63,908 nt of DNA, filler included, from Nemertoderma westbladi (GCA_032718475.1; 3 parts of 3 records of this genome joined end to end with filler, not necessarily neighbours in it), one strand, 5' to 3'. Counted from the whole stretch's first letter, positions 11,870-25,796 are shown. Notes: a model not told the origin generated them from the letters alone. Translations and numbers: made by a program.

Positions 11870-12054
11870 ACCTGCACATTGAGTTTGCTATGCTCGGGCA
11901 GCGTGCACTAAGAATGCTATTATGCCGGCTTATCAACAAAGTTATAACGTTTGTTGGGCACAGCTTTGCAAACTCGGCAATGACGTCCAGGTGGGATCGA
12001 ACTGATGACTTCCGTGGTGGAAGCCTGCCGCTCTAACCATTCAGCCAGCGACTC
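11870..12054 (-). mobile_element. tRNA-derived SINE with RTE-LINE-like 3' tail
   Basis: Minus-strand head GAGTCGCTGGCTGAATGGTTAGAGCG...AGTTCGATCCC carries A and B boxes. 11905-11940 matches the RTE 3' ends at ~55518 and ~60426. The left boundary is approximate. Confidence 0.75.
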
Positions 12055-12167
12055 AGGTAAAAGTTATACCTGGAAATACTTCCTTATATCTTGTATGTTC
12101 GTCAACAATGTTGTACCGCCACAACTCCCTATCGTCCATGAATTTTGCGAGATTATCTGCATCTTAA

Positions 12168-13737
12168 CCCTATTAGTACCGGGCTATAAAATGTTGTACA
12201 AATACCGGGGGGGGGGGGTCATATTGACCCCCCCCCCCTCTAAAATCTACAAATATTTACGAAAACGTCTGATTTTTTGTTTGTACGTAGGTATCACTTG
12301 TCTGGATCCGACCGAAAAAAAAAAATTTCGAAAAAATGTACTGGGGTGGTTATATTGCAGCACCAAAATTACAAGTAGTGCACAATTTTCACAAAATTTG
12401 AAAGTTACATTTTCGGCTAATTATTCTTCAATACAGGTTTTCTGAGTTGCAAAATACATTGGAAAATATTTAAAAATGATATGATTACTATAAATGGCTG
12501 TTTAGTCCTCTCTGCGTAGGAAAAAAATGAAAAAAACAAGTAACCAGCACTTTTCAGTTAGAACACAAAATTTTTAATTCACTTATAAGTATGCTATAAA
12601 TTCACATTTTCAGGTTTTTGAGGGCGCTGATTTTAATGGAATACATTTCTAATATGCCAGATCATTGCTACTTGTATTTTTCGGCGAAATTTGGCAAATT
12701 TTGGTGCTAGCACCAAATTTCGTACCCATTACCAAAAAGTACAAGTTTACGATGTCCAGTGCTGTTTTTATTGATTCCATCGGATTCAGGACTCTCATAA
12801 ACCCGTATAACGCAAGAAACAAGGTGATACTATCTACTTATCAATTTGCATATTTTCCAAAATTTGGTGCTGGCACAACAATTTTCACCCACCGGCGAAA
12901 AATACAAGTTTGAGAACTCTTATGGTATTTTTACTGATTCCATTGAATTCAGAACCATCACAAACCCGTATAACGCAAGAAACAAGGTGACACAATCAAT
13001 TGATATATTTGATGGTTTTCAAAATTTGGTGCTAGCACCACATTTTGCACCCACATCCGAAAAATACAAGATTGAGATGTCTAGTTCGATAATTATATTT
13101 TCCATTGAATTCAGAACAGCCATAAACCTCTAAAACGCAAGAAATAAATTGTCACAAGCAATTTTATCTATTGAATGGATTTTCAAAATTTCGTGCTAGC
13201 ACCAAAATTTGCACACAGCACCGAAAAATACAAGTTTGATACGCTTGGTGCAACTCGTATATATTTCATCGAATCCAGAACCCCAAAAAACCCCAATTGC
13301 GTAAAAAACAAGTTTCAAACAATCAATTTACAAAATTGACTTATTTCAAAATTTGGTGCTGGCACCAAAATTTGGCACCCACCGAAAAAAACAAGTTTGA
13401 AATTTCTAACTCAATTTATATGAATTCCATCCAATTTCTAACACCAAAAAACCGGTGTAAATCAAAAATAGAGATGTTACAATTCATATTTAATGAAATG
13501 TAATTTTCAAAAAACGTCTCAAAAAAAGTGCCAAAAGTAGGGTTAAAATATGGTGCTATAACTCGAAAAGTATCCAATATTTTTGAAAACGGTTTTCACT
13601 ACAAGGAAGACAATAGATTTTTAGGAAAAGTCATAAAATTTCAGATTCCCAACTGCGTTTGTTTCAGAATTATAATAAAAAAACCACGGGGGGGGGGTCA
13701 TATTGACCCCCCCCCCCCCCCCCCGGGTTTAATAGGG
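12168..13737. mobile_element. non-autonomous piggyBac-type element
   Basis: TTAA TSD at 12164-12167 and 13738-13741. TIR CCCTATTA..CCGGG, subterminal palindrome GGGTCATATTGACCC at both ends, and an internal ~163-bp tandem repeat. Confidence 0.85.
12690..13480. repeat. ~163-bp diverged tandem repeat (about 5 units)
   Basis: Palindromic core TTGGTGCTAGCACCAA recurs at ~12701, 12864, 13026, 13190 and 13353. Confidence 0.8.
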
Positions 13738-14152
13738 TTAAAAGATGCGTCTCAAGAAAGTCATTCTCTGTAAGGTTCAATAATTTTCGTGCACAATAAA
13801 ATCAATTGATTAAGATTAAGATATAATTTTAGCTTTAAAAAATAGATTGCATTAGTTAGATCTATGTAACTTTAATATATAAATATATACCAGTCACCAC
13901 AAAAGTTTAAGCAACGGCTGACTGACTAAAGGTCATTCAACAATATAATTTAATGTTTAAAGTTCTATTGAGTTTAAGTAAAGTTTAAATGTCTGAACTG
14001 GCGATTTTGTATGCAGAATTATTTTAGACGATTGACAATCCAAACATTATTTAGCCCATTTAGTAACTTCCCTGTTAATACCGGACCAAATATATCGTTC
14101 CTTCATCATCTTTATTGATGATTTTGGTCCTGGGTGGGACAAATCATGAAGT

Positions 14153-14400
14153 TGTGGGGTGAGCCACGAAGTGAGTGAGCATTAGCGTAGGGGTACCATT
14201 AATCAACCTGTCGTTCTGTCGTTCTGTCGCGTTTTTTTTCAGTATTTTATTTTAAACGTTAATAACTCGGCCAATCCTTGATGAAATCTATTCAAACTTG
14301 GTACACATGTTGTTTGGCAAAAGTTTGAAAATTTTCCAAGTAGAATTTGCGTTGGGCCTTCGTGCAGCATCAGTGTAACTGTTATTGCAATTATAATAAA
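14153..14400 (+). mobile_element. Helentron-associated (HINE/DINE-1-like) element 5' fragment
   Basis: TGTGGGGTGAGCCACGAAG head shared with ~22770-22789 (minus) and ~61329, followed by a (CTGTCGTT)n microsatellite and an AAACTTGG motif. Confidence 0.5.
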
Positions 14401-15033
14401 TTTATTTATCCAAATTTAAAATGCGTTAAATTATTATTACTGTAGGATAAATCAGCTGGGTTTCTGACAAATTTTGCAATACATCGGGGCTGTCTCCATG
14501 TACCATGTGTACTGGTACTGTCAGGCTGTACTCAATCGCTGAATCGAGAATCCTGCAATCAGTCAATACTGCAATACTGGTCAGCCGGTACCATACACTG
14601 CAGACATGCCATATCATGTAATCTAATTAAACATGGCCCTGGCAACCCTTGCGGTGATTATAGTTTAGGCCTAATAGCCCAGTACCGGCACCGGTAATAA
14701 TAATATAATAGTTTAGATAGTTACCACTAATCATTCAGTCATTGGCACGGTACACTGTATTGCTGTACTGCCGTTGTAGGTACCACCCTACTACCGGTAC
14801 CGGCTGACCGGTGGCAACTAGCACTTCAGCATACTTGCACAGCACTGCAGCAACAGCACTACCGGCGATACACAGGTTGGAATTTATGTAGAGTTTGCTC
14901 AACAGTACAGATATAAAATAGTTACCAGTATCTAAATTATATATATTACTATTGACAAGTATTGAACAAGTCTATATACCGTTATTCGTGTTATCAGTAT
15001 TTGCAACATCTGACATTGAAGAGGTGAGAGAAG

Positions 15034-15375
15034 ATGAATACCGGCACTCAACAAAACCAACGCTTATCACAGGTCGGTATGGTTACCTCAAAACCGGCGC
15101 GACTGTCCACTCGAATACAACTTCAAAACACAAACGCCAACAATAAACTGAAAGCGAATCGAACGTCTTCAGAAGAATCTGTCATTGGGACGAAGGAAAG
15201 GAAGCCGAAACCACGGGAATGGACCACAGCTAAGATTGAATGCTCCCATTGTCAGAGTTCCTGGACCGAAATTGAAACACCAATTGCCGATGGGCTTGAT
15301 CTCTCAAACCAAAACTTCCTCTGCGGGGTTTGCGTGGCAGTAAAGATTGAAAGTCTGGAAGCTGGCATCCCTAGG
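15034..15375 (+). pseudogene. PHD-like zinc-finger fragment, probably LINE ORF1
   Basis: CSHC...FLCGVC followed by an incipient coiled coil. The ORF then runs into AT-rich sequence. Confidence 0.35.
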
Positions 15376-15721
15376 TATTATTATTATAAAGAGCGTCAGC
15401 CTGCGTTTAATAAATATATTTTAATACAAAACAGGTCGAACGCAAAGAGGCTTATAATGAAGACGAGTACTGCATTGATTATATTCCTATAAACCACCTG
15501 GCTTTGCATATTGAACGTGCGATTGGAAATAAGTTCGTGCTACCCTTCCGTGGGTGGTAGATGTCGCGGTTATGTATTGGTGGGTGGGGGGAGGGGGGGG
15601 GGGGGGTGCAGATTAAAAGAGGTGAACACGTACTGTCCCCCTTTCTTTGATTAATTGGTGGTGTGGGTTAATCTCTCATAACCTGATTTTGTGATACAGT
15701 CGCACAATTTTAATTTGTATC

Positions 15722-17538
15722 TCATAACTGGGCCTCGTGCTGCGCGAAGGCCCCACGGACGTGTCTGAATGTTTTGTAACGTAGTTGTGTTGGTATATAT
15801 GGGCGAAGTTGAATATTAGAATCATCACACCAGAGTATATGGCCACATATGGATAATTTTTTTAGTGGTAGACTTGTGTTTTTGAAGAAGGCTTGAAGGC
15901 TAGGGTAATTTGCATATTCTTTGGCAAGCGATTCATCAGCATCAGTGATGATGTTAAGATTATAGAGTTTGTTTATTTCAGTGTATTCTATATCATCAGA
16001 ATTGTGTTCTACCTCAGCTTCTGGGCGAGAAAACGCATCCGTAACCAAGTTTTCTGATCCTCGTACATAACGTATAGTGCAATTATGCTCCGAAATGAAA
16101 GAAAGACAATCAACGAGTCTGTTGTGGTGTAGGGGTTTTCATCACCATTGCATTTGCCATTGGTTTATGATCCGTTTGTACTTTAAACTCCAATCCAAGT
16201 AGGCAAGGAAAATGTTTTAGAGAAAGATAAACATCCAGGAGTTCTCGGTCAAAAGTTGATTTTTTACTTTCCAAAGTCGTCAGTTTATGAGAGAAGAAAG
16301 CAATTGGACTACTATCATCGTCAATCACTTGAGTAACAACTGCTCCTACTGCTTTTTCGGATGCATCTGTTGTCAGAACGATTGTTGCATTTATTTTTGG
16401 AAAAGCAAGAGTTACAGCATTGCTTATCGCAGTTTTAAGTTTTAAAAATGCAGTATTTGTATTTTCTGACCACGACTTCTTGATAAAGTTTTGATGTGCA
16501 ATGTTGGGTCATATCTGTCAAAAAAGCTGCTATATGTGAAAAATGCGGGATAAAACGGTGGTAATATCCTGACATTCCCAAGAACCATTTCAGGCCTTTT
16601 AATGTAGTGGGGCGCGGAAAGTTTTTTATTGCCTCAATCTTGCTCTCAATAGGTTGTGTACCATTTTTTGACACCAGGACACCCAGGAATTCAAAGCTCT
16701 CACAGAAGAATTTGCATTTACTAATTTTTACTTTAAGGCCATTTTCAGTTAATCTTTGCAAAACAAGATGTAGTTGTTGAAAATGGGTTTCGATATCTTT
16801 ACTGCCAATTATGATATCATCTATGTATACTACTGCGAAATCAAAGTCAATAATAATGTCTAACAGGCACTGGAACGTTTGACTAGGTTCTCATGCCATA
16901 AGGCATGCGCTTATAATGGAAGAGCCCAAAGGGTGTTATTATGGCTGTCTTAGGGACATCTTCCTCTGCGATTGGTACCTGATGAAATGCAGAAATGAGA
17001 TCTATTTTAGAAAATACGGTGCAACCATAGATCCATTCAAAATATCCGCAGATTTAGGCATTGGATAACGATCAGTCTACGTCTGTTTGTTAAGCATACG
17101 ATTATCTCCACAACATGTGAGACTTTTATCTGGCTTTGTGACTATATGTAAGGGAGTAGTAGCCCATGGCGATTCACCACGAACTATAATGCCTTCCCGT
17201 TCCATTTCAACGAATTCTTTCTTTGCTGCCTCTAGCCTTGCCCCTTGCAAAGGCCGTGCTTTCGAATAACATGGTGGTCCATTAGTGACAATGTGATGTT
17301 TAACAGGATGGTTAATAGGTCTAGTGTTATATACAGAAGTGAATAAATCCTTGTGTTGCAACAACAAACATTTAAGTCGTTCATCATTGTTGTGGTTAGA
17401 TAACATTTCTGATTTTATGTGATTGATTGTGAACGTTTTATTTATGTAATTTGTTGAGAATTGTTTGCCATCATCTTGTGAAGTTGAACTTGTAAAGAAT
17501 AAAGAACTGTTATTGCAGTTTATTGTTAATTTTCGCAT
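15722..17538 (-). pseudogene. Gypsy pol remnant (RT and RNase H)
   Basis: HHIVTNGPP, SPWATTPLHIV, GDNRMLN, VYIDDI (~16815-16835), KWFLGMSGYY, LTTDAS (~16360-16380), STFDRELL and TDHKP, with several frameshifts. Confidence 0.9.
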
Positions 17539-18705
17539 ATTGCTATGGAAACTAGCTAAAATTATAATCGTATAATTTTAAAAAAATGTTCTATAATTGT
17601 TGTTTTGTACCATTTTTTCCTAAAATTATACTCTTTTCTTAGAAATTGCTCTGTTACGGGATTCTAGAAATTATATGTTGCAGTATATTCATATAATTTT
17701 ATGTATTATCCTATGGTACAGCAATATACCAAACTTGCTACGGTTTATTTCAATAATATACTATAGCTAAATATTTCACATTAAACAAAATGACCATCTC
17801 AATAAGATTGACAGATTGGCACTATAAATTCTACTCCAGTATTCGTAAGAATGATAACTCTTATTACAAACTGACCTCAACAAAAGCCATGCGAGCATCA
17901 TTAAATTAGATAGAAACGGCATAAAAAACTTAGATCTTTTCGTTGTTTGCCATCTTATTAATTTAATTTAATTTTACTGGGGGGGGGGGGGGGGGGGGGG
18001 GGGGGTACTAGTGTAACACAGTGTCACTATTATTCTGCCTTTGTATGTATAGCTGTTTTATAGCTGTTTTGGCTGTTGATTTATGTTCTGGAACATATTT
18101 CCGACTCGGTACATGTTTAATTTTTATGGTAGCTAGTGTTTTCAATGGTAGTTAGTGTATTCATAAAAATGGTACAGTAGCTAGTGTATTTAAAAATACC
18201 AACAAATCGTATTATTATTATGAATATCCATAGTAAATTTGGTTTATCTTTATTTATTTATCAGTGAAAAGAGTCTAGTATTGAAGAAAATAAAATAACG
18301 TGATTTCTGCAACAATTTATTAAATAGATAATGAAAAAAATCTACAGTAGTTGCACAGATTCGGTCGTCCTTACGACTCATTTCCAGTATAGACCCCACA
18401 GAACTATACTCCTTACAGGCAAAGAGATAACTGGTACTCATTTAACGACCATTTAATTAACAAAGCAAATATGCGCCCTGGTTTGGTTAGTCCCTTTAAA
18501 GCATTTGTGCCAAAACGAAAACTATCCTGGCCCGCCTGCAGGGGTAGAACCCCACGACCTCTGGAGCGATATTAATTCAAGGAAATGGATTTAAATGCTA
18601 CGCAAGGCTTGAAAAAATTGAATATGCGTGTTTGTATTAGAACACGATCCTTAAAAATACAAAGTAATGCTGTCATGTTGTTCGTTCAATATGCTCTAAT
18701 TAACA

Positions 18706-18955
18706 ATAAACACAATATTGCAATGTTCTAGAGTTAATATACGGAAATAAAAACCTTCAGCGAATAAAACTGTAATAATCACTTCTGCCTTATCCTTCAG
18801 CAAATTAACCTAATATAATAACCTCGGCCTGCGGCCTCGGTAATTATACAGGTTAATTTGCTTCTGGAACGGCATCAGTGATTATTCAGTTTTATTCGCT
18901 TCAGGTTATTATTTCCGTATATTAACTCTAGAACATTGCAATATTGTATGTTTAT
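18706..18955. mobile_element. 250-bp foldback MITE-like element
   Basis: ~110-bp inverted arms (ATAAACA.CAATATTGCAATGTTCTAGAGTTAATATACGGAAATAA) around the centre CCTCGGCCTGCGGCCTCGG (18822-18840). Confidence 0.7.
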
Positions 18956-20026
18956 ACCAATACCATAGGACCTAAGAAAGTCCATGCCCAATATTGGTTG
19001 TGATACATCACCTAAAATGAATGACCACTTGAATGTTTTTTTAGGGAAGGAATTGTAAATGTAACATCAGCTAATCCTCAAGTGCTGATGTCAGTTCCAT
19101 TTGCCGCTAGTTTGATTGGTGACCTGGTGTTTGCAGTTATTTTATAAGTAATTGGAAGAACTAACAAATCGCTTCCAGTGTCAACTAAAAATTTACCAAT
19201 CTATGGTGCTGCAATGTATGTATATTGAATTCACCTCAGCTGCATCCGCATTTAGGCTGAGGTGGTACCGTTTCCCTGAGCAGTAACCTGATATCTACTC
19301 CCACTTACCCATGTACATTTCTGAGCTTGTTGTCCAAATCGGAAATGGTAGAAACATAGTGGGCCTTTAGGATTAAATTACTTGGATCTAGAACGGTCTC
19401 TAGGGTTTGATCTGCTACTCCTTTCTGGAGAACGAGATCTTTGCCATTTATTCATTTGATTTTGGTTCTGCTCTCATTGCTCTTATTTCCGCAGTAAGTT
19501 GGTCAATTTGATATGCCATTTTGCTTTGTGTCTCACGCAACAGTACTATTTCCGATTTATCTATAATGGCGCACGTGGTTGGTTTCATACTTGACTGCTC
19601 TATCATCTTGTCTTCTATCGTGGCCAACTTGTCTACATTAAGTTCAGATAATGGCACAAGAACCAATCGAATCGGTTCTGGAAGAATTTCCATAAAACGA
19701 ATCCTAACAATATTTTCACTTCCAGTTGCAAGACGTTGGAGGTCATCACTGTCAGCCAAATGTCTCACAACATCTGCATTAATTTCTTCATATGTATTTT
19801 CAAGATTCACTCCACTTTCTAATATAATGTATGTTGGATGCACAGCTAGTAGACTGAGTTTCTTATTACATGGTGATTGCATAGCGAGTAGTTGTTCCAC
19901 TTGAGTAAACCAAATTCTTGGACCCTTTTGGTATAACTCAGGGAGTTTAATACGTTTTTCTTTTTCTACATTTAATGTTTCGGTAGAAGGACTATCATCA
20001 GCGACAACTTGTAATGCAAATAACAC
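18956..20026 (-). pseudogene. Gypsy gag, zinc knuckle and protease remnant
   Basis: KLPELYQKGPRIWFTQVE (gag), CFYHFRFGQQAQKC, KFLVDTGSD and PILGMDFL. Separated from the RT by a ~1.4-kb insertion. Confidence 0.8.
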
Positions 20027-20190
20027 CGCTGATTCATTTTCCTTACTGTAACTTCGGTAACTTCTAGGTTACTTTGGCTTTATAGCTTGGAACTACAAAG
20101 TTTGGATCATGCTGTTTGAGAAACTTTAAGGCCGCAACAAGAATACACTTCTTAAAAATGCTTAGGTCAGCCATTTGAAAGTCTATAATA

Positions 20191-20208
20191 CTTACGTCTG
20201 GGTCACCA
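20191..20208 (-). promoter_or_regulatory. primer-binding site, tRNA-Trp type
   Basis: Minus strand TGGTGACCCAGACGTAAG, 3 nt after the LTR-terminal CA. Resembles the complement of the tRNA-Trp 3' end (TGGTGACCCCGACGT). Confidence 0.7.
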
Positions 20209-20377
20209 ATATGTAAGGTTCAAAAAATTTCGTGCACAATAAAATCAATTGATTAAGATTAATTAAGAAAACAATATTAATATTATATATACGACATATA
20301 TTATATATTATATTATATATAATAAAAATAAAGTAATAGGAAGCCATGTTCAGCATGATCCGGTATCTTAAATATAG

Positions 20378-20883
20378 TTTTGAGTTGAACGAATTATGTT
20401 TTTGACAGACCAATATCAAGCAAGTAAAATTATTTGGAAACAGAGAAACAACATTTTCCTATCTGTTCAACCGTAAGTAGTCATAATTTTATTTAAGCAG
20501 GGACACAAAGCGCAACCCTGTTTAAATATTGTAAATAAAATTATCACATTGGTTACATTTTTGCATATGTGTTTCGCCGGGATTTGGCTCATCAGCTACA
20601 CTAACCCGTGCAGGACACATGTTAATCAAACTACAGTAACTACACCAAAAACCAGCTAAACACACACACATACATATAAACAAAATAGTATTGCATTCCA
20701 GATCAAATAAGCAATCATTTCCTTAGCAACACTATATGGGATAATTTGTCTTGTGCATGGTTGCTAATTATAATAAAAATAAAGTAATAGGAAGGCATTT
20801 TAAACAACCCTGTTCAATTAATCCAATTAATTTTACTTGCTTGATATTGGTCTGTCAAAAACATAATTCGTTCAACTCAAAAT
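20378..20883. repeat. 55-bp inverted repeat pair (MITE-like)
   Basis: TTTTGAGTTGAACGAATTATGTTTTTGACAGACCAATATCAAGCAAGTAAAATTA at ~20378-20432 and its reverse complement at ~20828-20882. Confidence 0.7.
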
Positions 20884-22181
20884 TTTATATTATATACAGT
20901 ATTTATATATATATATATTTAAATGTACAATGCAGCATGTGGTGTCAATGGATTATGGTTTATTGGTTGCATCATGATATATACAGAGTGACACCGTGGC
21001 TGCGGCAGGTTGTATTTTGGCTGCAATGTAGCCATATGGTCTTTCTAAAACATCCGCTTTCAATTGGCTGCAAAAAGCCTGGTTACTACAGTGGCTGCAA
21101 TTAAACTTTTTGGGTGAATTATTATCTCGATATATACATTTTGGTGAATTATATAGATATTTTTGTATAAATAATGGCTTATTGGCTGCCGCTTATTTTC
21201 ACAACAATAGCTGCATAAACTCATGAACTACTGTATGTGCTGCATTAGGTATTACAACTGTTATGAGAGAACTAAGATATGAATACTGGAGGAGGGGCCT
21301 ACAGTAGATGTGTTGTGTATCCTTATTGTAAGCCCTAACTAAGATTCTCTATATCTGGGTATTCCTGGCGCGGGTTATTATTTCCGATGTTAATTATAAT
21401 GATTGAGAGTCATTATTTCTGTCAGTCAAAAAAATATAATAATAACATAAGTACACAGGCGACCTGAAATTTTTGATTCTTGTGAATTTCCTCATCTATT
21501 TTCCGATGTACGTTTTAAAGAATATTGATTGTTTGTCTATGTTGATCGTTCTGCCTAACAATCAATATAGAGAGAGGCACACCGTCGAAAAATGTAAGAC
21601 TTTATTATGGGGTTTTTCTTGTAATGGTAATTCAATTTTGGTTTTCATGTTTAATCAGTTTTAGTACGGGAACCGTAAAGGAATGATGACAACATATTTG
21701 ACCTAGTATTTCACATCATAATATACTGTACATACTGTACTTCTATTACTTCTTAGATAAACTTTATAAGTTTATTGTAAGTCTATGAATAGTATCTACA
21801 ATACTATTTTGCTGTACCTAGATTTTTAATGGAGTGCCATTTTGCAGCAACTTTATGAGCCATGCTTTATACTATTAACATAAAATAGCTGCAATTTTGA
21901 ATATTCGAGTTGGCCTATTACTGAACATACAATGCAGTGTATAATAAAGAATATGGCTGCACAGTTAATTAAATCAATCATTTGTGAAAATAAAATTGGC
22001 TGCACATTTTCAATATCTTCATTGTTCATAGTCACTTTTGCTCCAAGCATTATATGCTCTTCGGTGATTTTGTCATTAAATGTACTGATTCTTGAGTGCG
22101 GAGAAACTTCAGGAAAATTCTGATAAAAGATTTGAACTCAGCTTTCCATTTCACATAAGAAACATATTATGAAAACACGAA

Positions 22182-22789
<608 letters not shown>

Positions 22790-23194
22790 TGTGGTGTTTG
22801 TGTATAAGGAACATCAGTGATTCGCCAATGTTCATGGTGATTTTGTCACTGTACTGTGCGGGCCAAACTTCAGAAAAATTGTGAAAACATCAGCTTACTG
22901 CTGTATTTCACATCAGAAACAATGTCCCTTCTATTAATTTCCAAAATGAAAAAAAAACTTTATAGAATTCACTGATTTAAAGAATAAGGGAAAATAGCTA
23001 AGGTATATTTGCTGCATAAACACTGGATAAATTATATTTATTTAAAATTGTGATTAAATCACAAATATTGAAAAGTAAGATAGGTTTAAAGAATTGCCTA
23101 TAAAATTTTTACACTTTTGTATTGGACCCTACATTTTTGCATGCAAGCTCAGAATTAAATTCTCTTTCGAATGGTATATTATACTAAGGTGCAT

Positions 23195-23860
23195 GTCTTA
23201 ATGCCTTAATGGACACAGGAAGTACGGGCACCTTCATAGACGCCGAGTTAGCCGAATTTCGCCAGGGAGTTTGCCAGGGAACAGGGCCATGACATGAATC
23301 TAACATTATCTGGGATAATGAAACGTTGGCAATCTATCATTGAGACAAAGTATTATAAGGCATCCCTGTCAACCCCACAAGATACCAGTGGCCGAGATAG
23401 GGTCTCTAACATTAAAATGGTTGTCATCCGGAATTTTGCCAAAAGTCAGGCCAAAGCCTACGACTGGGATGATGAAAGCCCTTGTACGTAATCATAACAT
23501 TCCCCATTTCACCCCCGACTACTACCCAGGCGTACAGATGTTGATAGGCTAACATGTACCCGAGGCCTTAGAAATTCTGGAGAAACGACCCAGACATCCA
23601 GAACCAATGTCAGCCTACGCCTGTCGGACGAGAGTGGGATGGTTCTGTACTGGGCCTTCCCGGAAAACTCTATTAGAAAGAAAAGGACCGACAGGTGCAG
23701 ACACCGACACTTGCAATTTAGTGACCCAACTTTGCAATAAGATCATAGAGACAGAAGAGGACGTCTTGACTACCCCTAACCAAACCTACAGTGATAGTGA
23801 CGCACCCCTGTCCTCAGATCAAGACTGCTTCCTTACTACATACGGGCGAACCCGACATCG
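23195..23860 (+). pseudogene. BEL/Pao-type aspartic protease remnant (second family)
   Basis: NALMDTGSTGTFID, MNLTLSGI, VQMLIG*HVPEALE and AYACRTRVGWFCTGP, with frameshifts and a stop. Confidence 0.7.
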
Positions 23861-24764
23861 TGTCCCCTTAGACAATGCTTCACTGAGGCATAGACTATGA
23901 CTCACTGAGGCACAGACTATGTCTCACTGAGGCACAGACTATGACTCACTGAGGCATAGACTATGCCTCACTGAGGCACTGAGGCATAGACTATGCCTCA
24001 CTGAGGCATAGACTATGCCTCACTGAGGCACAGACTAAATAGCCTGAGTTATATTGCATTAAATGAACAATAAATTCAATATACGAGCACAAAAGAGTTT
24101 ACAAGCACAGGTTCAAATCCAACTAAAGCTCTATATATTTTGCATTGAAGTGGAATACTTTAGATGCTGGGGGGAATCTGGTTTGCGAGGGATATTTGAA
24201 TGGTGAGTATAACTATCCTTGAGAGTTAGTGTGACGTTATCTCACCATGGATGGGCTTTACCACTGTACTCGCATCTGCTCTCTCATTGGCTGCTCGATG
24301 CCTCAGATTAAGGGTCTAAGGCCTTCAAGCTGATCATTTGCTTAGTTTTCTAATTAGAAGGTCGTGAGTTCGAACCCTAGAAGAGCATTATTCTTTTTCC
24401 TAGCTCTTGGCTGACTCTAGTGTACACTAGCTTTGACTCTCCCAGCTATAGTGATAGTATGCAACCTTGGGAGTTAATGTGCGGTCTTATGAGTAAAGGC
24501 CAAGAGATTAGACTTCAGGTTGCCTCTATTGGTTCACTCTTCTTAACTTTATAAAATAACTCAACCCTTATTTAAAGTTTTAAAAATTATGACTTAGTCG
24601 ACAAATTTTCCAAAGTATATTATAAAAACATATAATTTCTTGAATAAATAGACCTAATAGTAATAAATATTGTGGGTAAATACATTTATAATACTAATAT
24701 AATTATTATGGATAAATAGTCCTAATACTAATATAATTGTTATGGATAAATAGTCCTAATACTA

Positions 24765-25796
24765 TTATGAAAGGAACTCAAACAAACAAATGTCAATAGC
24801 GTCGTCCTGCGCGGGCATATGCTGAACGAGAGTTTTTTTATCATAGGTCATAGGTCGAAAATTAGTAAAAGCTGGTTGATTTACTTTACTTTCATTTTCC
24901 TCATTAACCAAGTGTTTCTTAATTTTATTCAATTGTTCATTAATATTCAATAATTTACTTTTATTTCCCAGGACCTGTCTCAATATCTCTTCTCTATTTT
25001 CTTCATTTTCTTCCATTTGTTAAATAAATTTCCGCATTTGATTTTTGTTTCCTAATATTTGTCTCAATATCTCTTCTTTATTTTCATCATTCTCTTTTAA
25101 ATGTTAAATAAATTTCTGTAATTTAATTTTACTTCCCAGAACTTGGGTCAATGTCGCCTCTTTATTTTCTTCATTTTCTTTCAAATATTTAATAATTTTT
25201 CGCAATTTATTCTTATTTCCAAGTAATGGCCTCAATATTTCCCCATTATCATCATTTTCATCCTCTTCTTCACTTTCCTGATCTTCACTTTCTTCACCCT
25301 CTTTCTGACCTTCACTTTCGTCATCCTCTTCCTGTTCTTCACTTTCTTCATTCTCTTCCTGACCTTCGCTATCTTCACCCTCTTCTTGACCTTCACTTTC
25401 TTCATCCTCTTCCTGATCTTCACTTTCTTCGTTCTCAACTTCACTCTCTTCAACTTCATCCTGACCCTCACTATTTTCATTCTCCATCCCATCATCCTCT
25501 TCTTCTCCTTCTTTCTCACTCTAATTTTCTTCATTTTCTAGGGGTAACTGTTTTTGTATCCCTTTCAAAATATTCATAACTTTATGAAATTTATTTTCCA
25601 TCGTCTGTTTTATCTTTAATATATCACGTTCATCTCTCTTTTTCTTTTCATCTCCACTAAAAATATCTTCGGATTTTTTAAATTTTTTTGGTAACGGATC
25701 CATTAGTTTTTTCTTTCTATGCGTTTCTATATGACGAGACAGATTGTCTTGTCTCATTTCTTTATTACAAACCAAACAACCTTCATGTCTATGCAT
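24765..25796 (-). pseudogene. cargo ORF: C2H2 zinc finger, acidic tract and 28-aa repeats, with three in-frame stops
   Basis: ORFs 25521-25796, 25104-25487 and 24765-25016 share one frame. Contains CLVCNKEMRQDNLSRHIETH, an E/D/S-rich tract and 4 copies of ENEENKEEILRQVLGNKNKL-like repeats. Confidence 0.7.

Larger units (their letters stand above)
13769..20265 (-). mobile_element. degenerate Gypsy LTR retrotransposon, integrase deleted, with nested insertions
   Basis: Shared LTR end TGTAAGGTTCAA..GTGCACAATAAAATCAATTGATTAAGATTAA at 13769 and 20212. PBS at 20191-20208 and PPT-like AAGAAAGGGGG at ~15637-15647. Fragmented gag-PR-RT-RH. Confidence 0.8.

Noticed and set aside
12002-12030. Hammerhead ribozyme (CTGATGA plus hairpin)
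   Set aside because: No GAAA core follows the stem, and the sequence is the antisense of the SINE head.
11975-12054. Functional tRNA gene (also 26728-26800 and ~18525-18570)
   Set aside because: A and B boxes are present but no convincing cloverleaf. At 11975-12054 the head continues into a LINE-like tail.
24765-25796. Stop-codon reassignment explaining the three in-frame stops
   Set aside because: Other genes in the window use standard stops, and single substitutions in Glu/Lys/Gln codons explain them more simply.
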